From positions 4,010-68,009 of the forward strand of contig NW_018408079.1 of the NCBI RefSeq assembly GCF_002113885.1: 64,000 nucleotides of DNA. Reading direction: 5' to 3'. The stretch comes from Mizuhopecten yessoensis. Taxonomy: Eukaryota. The notes beneath the pieces are model-generated. The model made no database searches. It had not been told where the DNA came from and was given only the letters and a program-made list of their open reading frames with translations. Position 1 is the first letter of the stretch, and each line of letters begins with the position of its first letter. Of the stretch, positions 12,135 to 23,915 are shown piece after piece. A program made the position numbers and the translations under genes.

Positions 12135-12428
12135 TAGTCGGTCTCAACGTGGTTCACAAATTATTATCCGTTATTATAGGGCCTTTGCAAACAGCCAATA
12201 TCTTCTTTAACTCCATTGGAGCATACAGCAGGTATTGCCATTTTGGCGCTCACAGCTAACATTCAATAGTTCTTGCATTGCCCAACCACGTACTCATTTA
12301 CAGCTGAGTAGACTGGAACAATCGGAGTAAAGTATCTTGTTCAAAGATACAACACAGTCCCGTGACGTGACTCGAACCCGCAACCGTTCGGTCACGAGCC
12401 CGGCGCCCTACCACTAGACTACAATGTC
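12135..12428 (-). mobile_element. tRNA-derived CORE-like SINE
   Basis: On the minus strand: A-box TAGTCTAGTGG, B-box GGTTCGAGTC, then TGTGTTGTATCTTTGAACAAGATACTTTACTC...CTCAGCTGTAAATGAGTAC, resembling a CORE domain. The 3' boundary is approximate. Confidence 0.7.
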
Positions 12429-14346
12429 AGTAATTATTGAATAGAATAATGTTTAAATTGAACTTACGCGATAAATATACATTATCGATTTAGTTTAAAA
12501 CAGAACGTTATCTATTATATTGCGTTGTTTTTTTTAGAGAATTTTCCTGAATTGAGCAATGTGCTGAACTACAGTTTAAATAAGGTAAAAATATTTTTCA
12601 TGATTGGTATTTAATGTGGTTTTCAAATAGGCATAGTGTATGTTACTGATAGATTAGAAGATACGTATTGTTATGAAATTTGAATTTAGATATAACATAT
12701 ATGTTAAATTTAAATTGCTTTGAAGCTTTTCCTCGATATAAATGAATGGGTGTTGGTTGTACCTTGTAATTAAATAATACCTGACAATGCTTGACAAAGG
12801 AAACAGATATTTTCGAAAGCTCGCAAATTCAATTTTGAATTCCTGTTTGTGTTCAAAACAAACACGAACATAGCCTTTTTATACATACCAAACTGATGAA
12901 TCTGTTTACCCAATACTTGGTTTATTGAATTAAATGATTAATAAATTATAGCTGAATATGACCAATGACATGAAATGAAGAAGAATTGTAGCGGAATTTA
13001 AAATAAAAGATAAAAAAATGACATATACGACTAAAAAAAATATGCTGATTGATCAATTCAAGTTATTCGAATAGATAACAGAAAACATGTTTGGAATTGC
13101 TTAAAACCTTTGTATTTGATTGATTTGTTTAAGTCTTTATATAGGTAGCGCTCTACGTGCATTGCCTCCGCTTTGGCGTTATTTCGCTTTGTCGCTTTGG
13201 CGTTATTTCGCTTTGGCGGGTTTTCGCGTTCCGGTTTGTGATGCGCATGCGCAAGGTGAAGGAACGTCAGCTTTATATTGGAAGGAGATTTCTTTGCTGA
13301 ATGTTAGTGTTTCCATGTTGATTCTTAAATGTCATCATATCAATCCATATACTAGATAATACACTGCCCATTTTCACTTTTCATGTGCCATTGACTGAGA
13401 TTTATGTCTCATGATTCTCAACCATCTATGATGTTATAGCCAAACATGTAAATAATGTACCAAAACAGAAACGTGACCAAAATGAAAATATACGTTACAT
13501 ATTTTCCAAGTGATGTGACCCTTTATTTCACATTTCTCGCGCATTTTAAAATAGCTTTTCAATTATTAATCCTTTAAAATTAATCTATAACTCTTTTAAC
13601 ATAATCTACAGTAACGTACAAAACTTTTCCGTTACAATGCATCCATGTCTCTGGATTTCTTAAGATTTGAAGATGTTCCTCTTGAAAACTGAACCAGTTG
13701 ATGCAAGTACAGCTTGTGAAAGGTCTCACAACAAAACAAAACTGGAGTCTAGAGTATCTTTGTATAAGCAACACTATAAAAACCATTTACAACGTTCTGG
13801 TTGAGTGACGAAACTTTTTACGTCAACAAAATTAAAGTCACTGAGTATTCGCGTTAGATTTTACACATTGTACAGCATCGTTATACTTCGGTTTTATCAT
13901 GTTAGTAATATGAAATTAGTATGAGTACTGTTTTAGTAGAGAGACACAGGTCACGTAAACGTATCTGTTGAAATTTTAACGGACAAACCAGGATTGTGTA
14001 GTTGCATGCGGGATTCTATATATATTCTAACGGAATCAATTTTTATTGATTTATATGCATTTAGTCAATACATGTACGAAGATAACTTGTATCCAGCGAT
14101 AATAATTAAGTGTCTGTTTATGGGTGTGAAAAGGAGTAACTTATCCGGCAAGACATTTTGCGAATATCCATAACGTAGCTTAAATTATTAATGTTTAACT
14201 AGATTAATTAAGTTTTGTTTAGACATAGTTTCTAAGTAAAATTAAATTATGAAGGCAAAACCATGAATTTTAACTAAAATAAAAAAAATGCAAAGCTTTT
14301 GGTATCAGAACAAGTGGCGCAACAACAATGATTAGAGTATTCTTGC

Positions 14347-16385
14347 ATGTTCATGTACAAAACATGCTCTGATGACAATATTATGAATGAATATATCAAA
14401 CATTCTGTTACGAAAATGACTGATTTGTATGTCAAATTGTTTAATATTATTTTCAATAGTGGGAAATTCCCATCAAAATGGCTGACCGGTACTATTGTTC
14501 CTATTTTTAAAAATAAAGGTTCACCTATGGAACCTAAAAATTATAAACCAATTACGATTGTTAGTTGTTTAGGGAGGTTGTTCACTAGTATATTAAATGA
14601 AAGACTACAGAAATACTCAGAGAAGGTCAGCTTGATATGTGAAAATCAGACAGGGTTTCGTAAAAAATATTCAACTACTGATAACATTTTTGTACTTTAC
14701 TCTTTGATAAATCTGACTCAGATGATGAAAAGTAAATTATATTGTGTATTTTTTGACTTTCGAAAAGCCTTTGATAAAGTATGGCGCAATTGCTTGTGGA
14801 ACAAGATGTTAATGAGTGGAATTAATTGGAAAATGTTAACAATTATTTTTAACATGTATCAAGGCATTAAGTCAAATATATCTTTTAATGGTGAATGTTC
14901 TGGTTATTTTCCATGTGAAAATGGACTTGAACGATCTAGAAGAGTTTATGGTCCAAAATAACGTTCAGGGTTTGACAAACCTTAGTACTAAGTTAGAAAA
15001 TAATCTACATGTACATACATAAAGCTTTTTATTTTACTATATGCTGATGATACACTTCTTTTCTCAGACTGTCCAGACTTGCAACTACAATTAAATGTAT
15101 TCAGTGAATACTGTAAACAGTGGAAATTAAAGGTTAATATCGGAAAAAACTAAATGTATAGTGTTTAGTAAAGGACGTAAAAACAATAGAAATGTATTTT
15201 TATTTAATAATGGGGTGATAGAGTTAGCGGACAATTTTACCTATTTGGGTACAGCATTTAGTCAAACTGATTCATTCAATGAACCGAAAAAACACAATAT
15301 TAAAAAGGCTACTATAGCAATGTATGACGTTATAAAGAAAGGTAGACTACATAACTTATCTGTTCATTGTATATATGATTTATTTGACAAGATTGTAAAA
15401 CCCATACTGTTGTATGGTTGTGACGTTTGGGGTCTTACTGACCTTAAGGTAATTGAACGTGTACATTTAAAGTTCTGTAAATTATTACTAGGGTTAAAAA
15501 GTAGCACCCTAGTTATATGGTATATGGAGAACTAGGTACTAGTCCACTTGAATTAACAGTAAAAATAAGAATAATATCATATTGGTCACAATTGACTAAT
15601 TCTAAAGAAAATAAAATAAATATTATATTGTATAAACTTCTTTGCCATCAACATAATGTTGATGATAAACTGGTTCCATATATAAGCTTTATCAAACGTA
15701 TTTTAAATGAATGTGGTATGAGTTACCTATGGAATGTCCAATATACTTCAGAATGTAATATCACATGGCTAAAGCATGTTATTAAACAAAGATTGTACGA
15801 CCAGTATTTACAGAAATGGCAGAGTGATGTACACACTTCATCAAAAGCTACATGTTATAGGATTTTTAAAAATAATTGTCATTTTGAAAATTACTTAGAT
15901 ATTTTAAGTGATACAGATAGAGTTACATTTTGTAAATTTAAGACTACTAATCACAAATTTATTGTTGAAAACGGCAGATGGCATAATATAGAGTATAATG
16001 AAAGAAAATGTCCACACTGTAACAGTCAGCAAATTGGTGACGAATTCCATTACTTGCTTGAGTGTCCGTCACTATCTGGGTTTCGAACTTTATATATAGA
16101 CAAATATTTTTGGACGAGACCAAAAGTAATTAAGTTTTATGAATTAATGAAAACTTCTAATATAAAAACACTGAAGAAACTTTGTACTTTAATCAGAATA
16201 ATTAATAACAATATTTGACCTCCTCCATATAAATGTGTATATATTATGAAACAGTACTGTGTACTACCGACTACGAACACTACAATTACTATACAATCTG
16301 ATTAAAATCATGTTATATATTATATTGTGAATATGTTTCTCTATACATTGTATAGTGAAAGAGAATAAAGTTGAATTGAATTGAA
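14347..16385 (+). mobile_element. 5'-truncated, frameshifted non-LTR retrotransposon ORF2 (reverse transcriptase; CR1/L2/RTE-X-type)
   Basis: Motifs IVPIFKNKG...NYKPITIVSC, ENQTGFRK, FFDFRKAFDKV, LYADDT (~15035-15055), FTYLG, KPILLYGC, VYGELG and C-terminal CPHC...DEFHYLLEC, split across frames. Ends in AATAAA plus a (TTGAA)n tail at 16364-16385. Confidence 0.95.
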
Positions 16386-16629
16386 ATTGTACACTTTATG
16401 AAAGATTACCGTAACTTTTCTTTCAAAAAAATGTTTAATGTTTAGGCCTAAACAGTGAAATAAAGCTTCCGAAGGCGCTATGGTACTCATGATAAATGAT
16501 CACTTGCTACGATTACCTTTACAGTTCATCTATTACGCTTTAAATGAAAGAAACGCAGAGTCAAACAGGTTGAATCATTAATGATTATATATATTGAAGT
16601 CAAAGTATTGGGTAATTGAGAATACTCCC

Positions 16630-16825
16630 TTATTTTGTTATATATATGGCCACCAGCCCACACCTTGGATTTTGTCATTTGAATTTTGCTTTTGCTATAT
16701 CTCCAGAAATACAGAAATTTCATATGTACATACAGTACCGACCATGAAGTACTATATTTTCACCTCATATCAAGTACTTCCAACGTATCCAGGTGAACGA
16801 TAAAGGCCCTCTGGGCCTCTTTTTT
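16630..16825 (+). mobile_element. 3' end fragment of another HINE-like element
   Basis: CCAGGTGAACGATAAAGGCCCTCTGGGCCTCTTTTT has a terminal hairpin (AGGCCC/GGGCCT) followed by a T-run. Confidence 0.45.
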
Positions 16826-18384
16826 AATTCTGAGATCTGATAATCTCAATTGAAAACTCAAAATATACCAGTGCTAACTCTCTGCATCGGATGCGCTGTT
16901 ATTTTTGTTTTCTATATATATGATTAAGTTACATCCAAGGCATCTTTTAATGAAAAATTTACAATGTTCATGAAATAAAAGATCCATATCATCCATTTGG
17001 CCATGGAGAGAAACCCTTCCCAATTAATCTATCTTCTGAGTTAAATCCAATTAGAGATGGTCGATGAAAGGATTTCAAATAAGTTCTATGAGAGTTTGTT
17101 AGTTGTTTTCATTATCTTAAGAAATGACAGAAACTGCAACAATAAGCAAGGGGTGTTGTATTCCAGTGGGCCTCCTGTTACCGCAGAGGCAGAGATAAAC
17201 GTACTTGCCGATGTCCTTTATGCTACTCGCTGATACAATATACACCCTACACAATAGGAGAAAATGAATGAAATACAACAGAAAAACAGAGACTAGTGCT
17301 GCACCACTTCGACTTTTAAGAAGTTTAAGTTTTCCGAGCATCCACAGAAAAAAATACGTGCAATGTGCCAGATGTCATAGATGGTTGAGAATCATGCGAC
17401 ATAATCTCGGTCAATGGCACATGAAACGTGAAAATGGGCAGTGTATTATCTAGTATATGGATTGATATGATGACATTTAAGAATCAACATGGAAACACTA
17501 ACATTCAGCAAAGAAATCTCCTTCCAATATATAGATGGCGTTCCTTCACCTTGCGCATGCGCATCACAAACCGGAACGCGAAAACCCGCCAAAGCGAAAT
17601 AACGCTAAAGCGACAAAGCGAAATAACGCCAAAGCGGAGGCAATGCACGTAGAGCGCTACCTATATAAAGACTTAAACAAATCAATCAAATACAACGTTT
17701 TTAAAGCAATTCCGAACATGTTTTCTGTTATCTGTTCGAATAACTTGAATTGATCAATCAGCATATTTTTTTTAGTCCTATGTAAGTCATTTTTTTTATT
17801 TATTTATTTTGAATTCCGCTACAATTCTTCTTCATTTCATCTCATTGGTCATATTCAGCTATAATTTATTAATCATGTAATTCAATAAACTAAGTATTCG
17901 TAAACAGATTCATCAGTTTGTTATGTATAAAAAGGCTATGTTCTTGTTTGCTTTGAACACAAACAGGAATTTAAAATTGAATTTGCGAGCTTTCGAAAAC
18001 ATCTGTTTCCTTTGTCAAGCATTGTCAGGTATTATTTAATTACAGGGTACAACCAACACCCATTCATTTATATCGAGAAAAGCTTCAAAGCAATTTAAAT
18101 TTAACATATATGTTAATGGGTATCTAACTTCAAATTTCATAACAATTCGTATCTTCTAATCTATCAGTAACATACACTATGCCTATTTGAAAACCACATT
18201 AAATACCTGTCATGAAAAATGTTTTTGCCTTATTTAAACTGTAGTTCAGCACATTGCTCAATTCAGGAAAATTCTCTAAAAAAAACAACGCAATATCATA
18301 GATAACGTTCTGTTTTAAACTAAAACGATAATGTATATTTATCGCGTAAGTTCAATTTAAACATTATTCTATTCAATAATTACT

Positions 18385-18513
18385 GACATTGTAGTCTAGT
18401 GGTAGGGCGTCGGCCTCGTGACCGAACGGTTGCGGGTTCGAGTCACGTCACGTCACGGTACTGTGTTGTATCTTTGAACAATATACTTTACTCCGATTGT
18501 TCCAGTCTACTCA
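18385..18513 (+). mobile_element. Truncated copy of the CORE-like SINE at 12135-12428
   Basis: GACATTGTAGTCTAGTGGTAGGGCG...GGTTCGAGTCACG...CCAGTCTACTCA, then a jump to arm sequence corresponding to ~12115. Confidence 0.75.
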
Positions 18514-18594
18514 TTATTATTACAACAACAATAATATAAAAAAAACTGTAATAGATAAATAGGGATTTGACAGCAAGCTCAAAGTAAAACGAAA

Positions 18595-18965
18595 AGACGA
18601 AGTAACAAAGAGACGAAACATAGACAAAGCGAAAAGACGAAATAATGCCAAAGCTAAAAGAAGAAAAGGCGAAAAGCGAAATAACAAAAAGACGTAATAA
18701 GAAAAAGACGTAATGACGCCAAAGCGAAAAGACGAAATAACGCCAAAGCTAAAAGACGAAATAACGCCAAAACGAAAAGACGAAATAACTCCAAAATTAA
18801 AAACGAAATAACGCCAAAGCTAAAAGACGAAATAACGCCAAAGCTAAAAGACGAAATAACGCCAAAGCTTAAAAACGAAATAACGCCAGAGCAAAAAGAC
18901 GAAATAACGCCAAATCTAAAAAACGAAATAACGCCAAAGCGAAAAGACGAAATAACGACGAAATA
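18595..18965. repeat. 21-bp tandem array, inverse orientation (AAAAGACGAAATAACGCCAAAGC)
   Basis: Directly visible, ~15 copies. Confidence 0.95.
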
Positions 18966-20851
18966 AAAACCAACAAAGATGATAATTTAATAACAAAAAA
19001 AATAAAATAAAAGCTTTCTCAAGTACAATGTACATCCTATAAACAAAAGGAATAAAAATAACGCAAACTTATGATGCATTATACCATAACTAACTTTTAA
19101 ATGTATCCTTTCAATTCTTTCAGGAAATAAAGAAATGTTCTTATATATTTTTTAAATATTCTAATTCCCCAACATATTTTTTAAAATATATACCAAACGT
19201 TTTTGGGTCATACTGTAACACATTTATTTTAAAAGATTGGTTAATGGAGAATACTAGATCGAGCTAAATTGTCGACTTCAAACTGCTATGACTTTAACTT
19301 ATACAACCATGCCGATATTTAGAACCGGTATTTTCTCGAATATGATGAGACACTCATGAGGAAAATACGTACCCGTGAATTCACAATACTCAACAAGAAA
19401 AGAAGAAAAAAATGGCATATTGCGAAATACTTGCCCAGTTAAATCCTACGGCATTGAAATCGATAGGTCTACATCCCTAATTTGAAATCCTTTATTTCAG
19501 ATATTCGCGGAAAACTACATAAAGGAATTTCTTGTTAACATTCAGTCAGTGGCTTCGAAAAAGACTACGTCATAGGGCGTGGAGAAATGTTCAGATTTGT
19601 TATAACAGTTTCTTAAGGTCATAGGAGTGTATTGCTAAACGGAAGTAGGAAGTACATCCCTAGTTGAAAATCCAATGTAGGGAGACAGTATCACAATTTC
19701 TGCATATTCTAATGTTTAATATTAAACTGATGAATATTGTATGCTTATCATTGACAGAACAGTGTGTTCTTTCAATATTTAAGTATTGCAAAGCAATCCA
19801 GTCATTAATTCAGTTGTTTTTTGATCAATGAGTCACATGCGTCCATTTTTCTGTACTTCAGGAAACCGGCTACCTATTTCACTACTGTGAAGTTTTCCAA
19901 GAACGATAACTCATTGCATGCAGTTACTATGTGTATATGGTTTTATTATAAAATGTCAATTTTTAATCGTTTATAGATGATTAATTTTATACAATTTCAG
20001 CATTTATGAAATTAATATACATTAATGCAATACTAATCTATGTTAGTATCATTTTTAATGACATTATTTTGCAAAAGAAAATGTGTGTTTTCAAAATTCA
20101 ATCCTTTTTACATAAATTTCCATTTAAAATCCTTAAAATTCTGACAACCTATTTTTTTGTGGCAGATTTTTTTTCTTTACTTCAAAGCAATATAACTACA
20201 AAATTTGAATAAATTCTACTGAGAAATGGCGACACAATCCTATTACCTTAACTAAATTACATTTGAGTTTTATTATTTAAAGAATATAGCATGACCCTCA
20301 AGTTCGACAGTAAACTGTAGCAGGTGAAACAAATTCAGACCGAGACTCGAACCCGGATCTACCATAAAAATATGGTTACTCTTTCTTGAGATACCTGACT
20401 TTAAAATTATCTAAGTACGTACACTCAATTTAAGATTATTTTCATATCATTAAAGTAGACCTAGTTCTAACCTTTCAGAAATTGAGAACATTTTACGCCG
20501 AGTGCCCGCCTTAAATTAAGTAAAAACGACTAGCAGCCAGAATGACTGAAGGCTAATCTAGACAGCACAATACATGTTCTATGCAGAGTATCACAACAGC
20601 AAGAAAGCGTCTCCTGGGCGATATTGGGGGAACAATTGTCGGAGATATAGAGTTCAATGCAGCAAATAATATCATTTTTTGGGTTTAGGTTCCGGAATTC
20701 AGGAAATGAAACTTAAACAGACTCAAATTCCCTCCTCGTCCTCCTCAGTCGTTGATGTCGTTGACGACTCCATGCTAAACGAGTGCTACCTCTATTATAG
20801 TTGTATACAGTTTAAATATATTTATGTGTAAAAACAGGATAACATTTTACA

Positions 20852-20990
20852 AATTTTACAAAAAGAAAACTCGGTACTTGACTCTCATATAGACATCGCA
20901 TACACCTGTGCCCCCCACTCAATTTTACAAAAAGAAAACTCGGTACTTGACTCTCATATAGACATCGCATACACCTGTGCCCCCCACTCC
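20852..20990. repeat. 69-bp direct duplication
   Basis: AATTTTACAAAAAGAAAACTCGGTACTTGACTCTCATATAGACATCGCATACACCTGTGCCCCCCACTC occurs twice. Confidence 0.9.
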
Positions 20991-21603
20991 GGCTTTTTCC
21001 GGTTATGTATGCGTCAGACTCAATCGTGACATTGTCATTTATCTATGTAGAATGCTATCATTCATAAATATATTACGTAGGAAAACTGTAAAACAATGTA
21101 GCTATTTTTTTCTCGTCCTATTACGCGCGTTTCTCATCGGCTTATTTTCTATTTTTTCCAGTAATATCGGCGCCCTCTCCTAAAATATATACAGAGCACG
21201 TACACCATATTTATAACACATGGGTATAACTATGCAGAATGTAATGACATTATTTCATTATCGGAAAAATAACATAGAAAAGAACAAATCTAAACTATTA
21301 TCAACGACAAAATTCATCGTATAAACAACCTCCTATTCTATATAGTATACATATACGTGTAATCACGTACATATTTCTTATTGTTCAGCCAATAACAATA
21401 GTACATTCTGTTGGTTGGAATACATACATTATTTAACAATGATAAACTTATTAATCATTGTTGTTGTAAAATGTTTCCTAAAATGCTGAAACATAAGTCA
21501 TATTTGTGCATTTTAATTTCCGTTTCACTAGCTAAGTCATTGGGGTATCATAATCACGGAGATAGCGTTTCTTTAATATCCAGAACCGGAAGGCAACAAA
21601 GCG

Positions 21604-22093
21604 AAAAGACGAAATAACGCCAAAGCGAAAAGACGAAACAACGCCAAAGCGCCAAAGCGAACAGACGAAAAGACGAAAAAGCGCCAAAGCTAAATAACGA
21701 AATAACGCCAAAAGGAGGGAGAAAAGACGCCATTTCATCTCCGCTTTGGCGTCATTTTCACAAAGCGAACAGACGAAAAGACGAAAAAGCGCCAAAGCTT
21801 TGGCGTTATTTCGTCTTTTCGTTTGGCGCTTTGGCGTTATTTCGTTATTTCGTTATTTCGCTTGGCGCTATTTTGCGGGCGACAAAGCGAAAAGACGAAA
21901 TGTCATATATCAGCCACCATACTTTGGCGTTATTTTCACTTCGGTTTCGCTTTATTTCGTTATTTCGTTTTGGCGGGATTTTCGTCTTTTCGTTATTTAG
22001 CTTTGGCGCTTTGGCGTTATTTCGTTATTTCGCTTGGCGTTATTTTGCGGGCGACAAAGCGAAAAGACGAAATGTCATATATCAGCCACCATA
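21604..22093. repeat. Palindromic terminal block of 21-bp-related units with duplicated end motif
   Basis: Unit orientation flips at CGCCAAAGCTTTGGCG (~21790-21805). GACAAAGCGAAAAGACGAAATGTCATATATCAGCCACCATAC occurs at ~21881-21922 and ~22053-22094. Confidence 0.85.
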
Positions 22094-22687
22094 CGTTTCA
22101 GCTGTTTTTGTTTACTCTTCAACACCTATCTCACCTGCGCGAACAGAGGGCTCGTTATAATTGCATGCCCGTAATTATATCGACGCAGCTGACGGTCAAA
22201 ACTGGACATCATACCTCGGAGACTGTTTGGTTCATATTTGGAACTGTCTACTTTTCGCACACTCATAAAAACTCGGGAAAGCAGCGGGGATAGTTCGGGA
22301 GGGGGATGCTTTGTATGCTACGGGATTCGTTCATTTCTGGAGTTTTAAAAAATGCAGTCAATATCTTCAGGTCTGCTGAAGTTATTATCAGAGTGTTCTT
22401 GTTTGACAGTTCTGCAATAAATGTGCCAATGTCCGTTTGCTGAACAGAAACAAACCGCTGTGTTTGATGTGTTTCATTGGATGTCGTCTGCTGTAGGGGC
22501 TGGGGTGGGGTTGTACCACTGTCTGGGGTATCAACTCTAACCGATCATGCGGTAAATGAACCTCTACGTCAGTTCCATGTACTAAAACATTGTAAAATGT
22601 GTCAAACCCGCTCGGAACAACTTCTTTCACAGTGCCTCTGCCTCTGCCATCAATTGATACAGTATCTCCGGTAACTAAGTCAGCCAT
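22094..22687 (-). pseudogene. Crypton (CryptonA/DUF3504-type) tyrosine-recombinase N-terminal relic, frameshifted and 3'-truncated
   Basis: Across frameshifts: QRFVSVQQTDIGTFIAELSNKNT...DLKILTAFF...NESRSIQSIP...EL...KVDSSKYEPNSLRGMMSSFDRQLRRYNYG...FAQVR*VLKSKQKQLKR. This is the motif series known from CryptonA and its derivatives (KCTD1/ZMYM/QRICH1). The catalytic domain is absent. Confidence 0.8.
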
Positions 22688-23072
22688 TTTGTTTACAAAC
22701 GTAAAAGTTGTAGTGCGTAGGAATATGACCCGATTCCCACGGTGACTTGACAGGACTCATGTGCATGTTTATTGTATGTGTGCTATATGGTTTTATTGAA
22801 CGGCTATATTACACGGAAAAAGCCTGTATCATATAATAAATATATATAAATATTTACTTCTGAAGTCAGGTTTAGATGGGATAGCATCGTTCTACAGTGA
22901 ATAGCCATTTCTCCGTGTAAATATGTTTAATGGTAAACTTTTATTCCGTTGGGATGCCCAATATTATTCACTTTCGTCATACGCATTTTCTGTATGAAAG
23001 AGTAACAGTAAATCGATCACTTTAAAGGTTTATGCCACAAGAATTAGAAAACAGTAACAAGACATCGATAAA

Positions 23073-23232
23073 GCACTCCACTCCCCTCCCCAAAGTACTC
23101 TAAAACTAGGTGACAACACTCCACTCCCCAAAGTACTCTAAAGCTAGGTGACTTAACACTCCCCTCCCCAAAGTACTCTAAAACTAGGTGACTAAACACT
23201 CCCATTCCCCAAAGTACTCTAAAACTAGGTGC
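23073..23232. repeat. ~40-bp tandem repeat x4 (CACTCCCCTCCCCAAAGTACTCTAAAACTAGGTGAC)
   Basis: Directly visible. Confidence 0.9.
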
Positions 23233-23915
23233 GCTGATTGCCTTTCATATTTTTTTCTCATTAAAACTCATTTTTTTATAATTTGTTTTCAAAAACGATC
23301 TCACTGATTTAAGCTTAAGTCCAAATGATATTTCAAAAAATTCTGATATTGAGGAAACACTAAACGTTTTAATGAAATTCAATTTCAGAGCTTTGAAACA
23401 CTGTCTGCTTCGTGGAATGTCTTCAAACTTAACTTACTATTTGTGATTTTAGCATAGCTTTTGTCCATAGACAATAATTTTCCGTTTAGGACATGAATTG
23501 CTATATTCAGGAAGGACGTTTATCTAAAGTTTATTTGTTTAAATGCACGATGTACTTGACTAAAAGGTTTGATTTCGTGTTAACTTACTGCTGGCGAGTT
23601 TCAAAAAGAAACAACAACTCACCGCTTTAGAACAATAATGTCTTTATTCTGCTGACGACGATTTTCAACAAACTAAATAAACTTCGTTTGCAATAAACTA
23701 TTCGATGGTTTGTAGATATTCCGTAGAAAAGTTCCATTGGGAAAATTTGTAATGGCATAGAAAATCTAAACGATAAACGGATGGTTACCATTTTTTCCAA
23801 TACGGTATTGTTCACAGTACAAGTGTTCCTTGACCATAACTTTCACTATTTCGTTTTTGTACTGCTACCTCGTCTATACTTTCCAGGTCTGAATTATCCT
23901 ATAGATCAGTCCTTA

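Larger units (their letters stand above)
8444..13431 (+). mobile_element. Left arm of a large inverted repeat (21-bp-array element), interrupted by a HINE at ~8636-10890
   Basis: 8444-8594 is the reverse complement of 21453-21603; 8600-8633 of 19012-19044; 10896-13431 of 17375-18996 (high identity by eye, with indels). Confidence 0.9.
17375..21603 (-). mobile_element. Right arm of the large inverted repeat, interrupted by ~2.4 kb (19045-21452)
   Basis: Reverse complement of the left-arm segments. It has a shorter 21-bp array (18595-18965) and a truncated SINE (18385-18513). Confidence 0.9.

Noticed and set aside
10943-12259. Long ORFs with LALALFR / SFRFGVIS / KRKDEITP repeats
   Set aside because: These are translations of the 21-bp tandem array (a multiple of 3 with few stops), open on both strands, with no non-repetitive domain.
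12330-12428. Possible tRNA gene (also 18385-18460)
   Set aside because: It has A/B boxes but no convincing acceptor stem and runs into a CORE-like SINE body.
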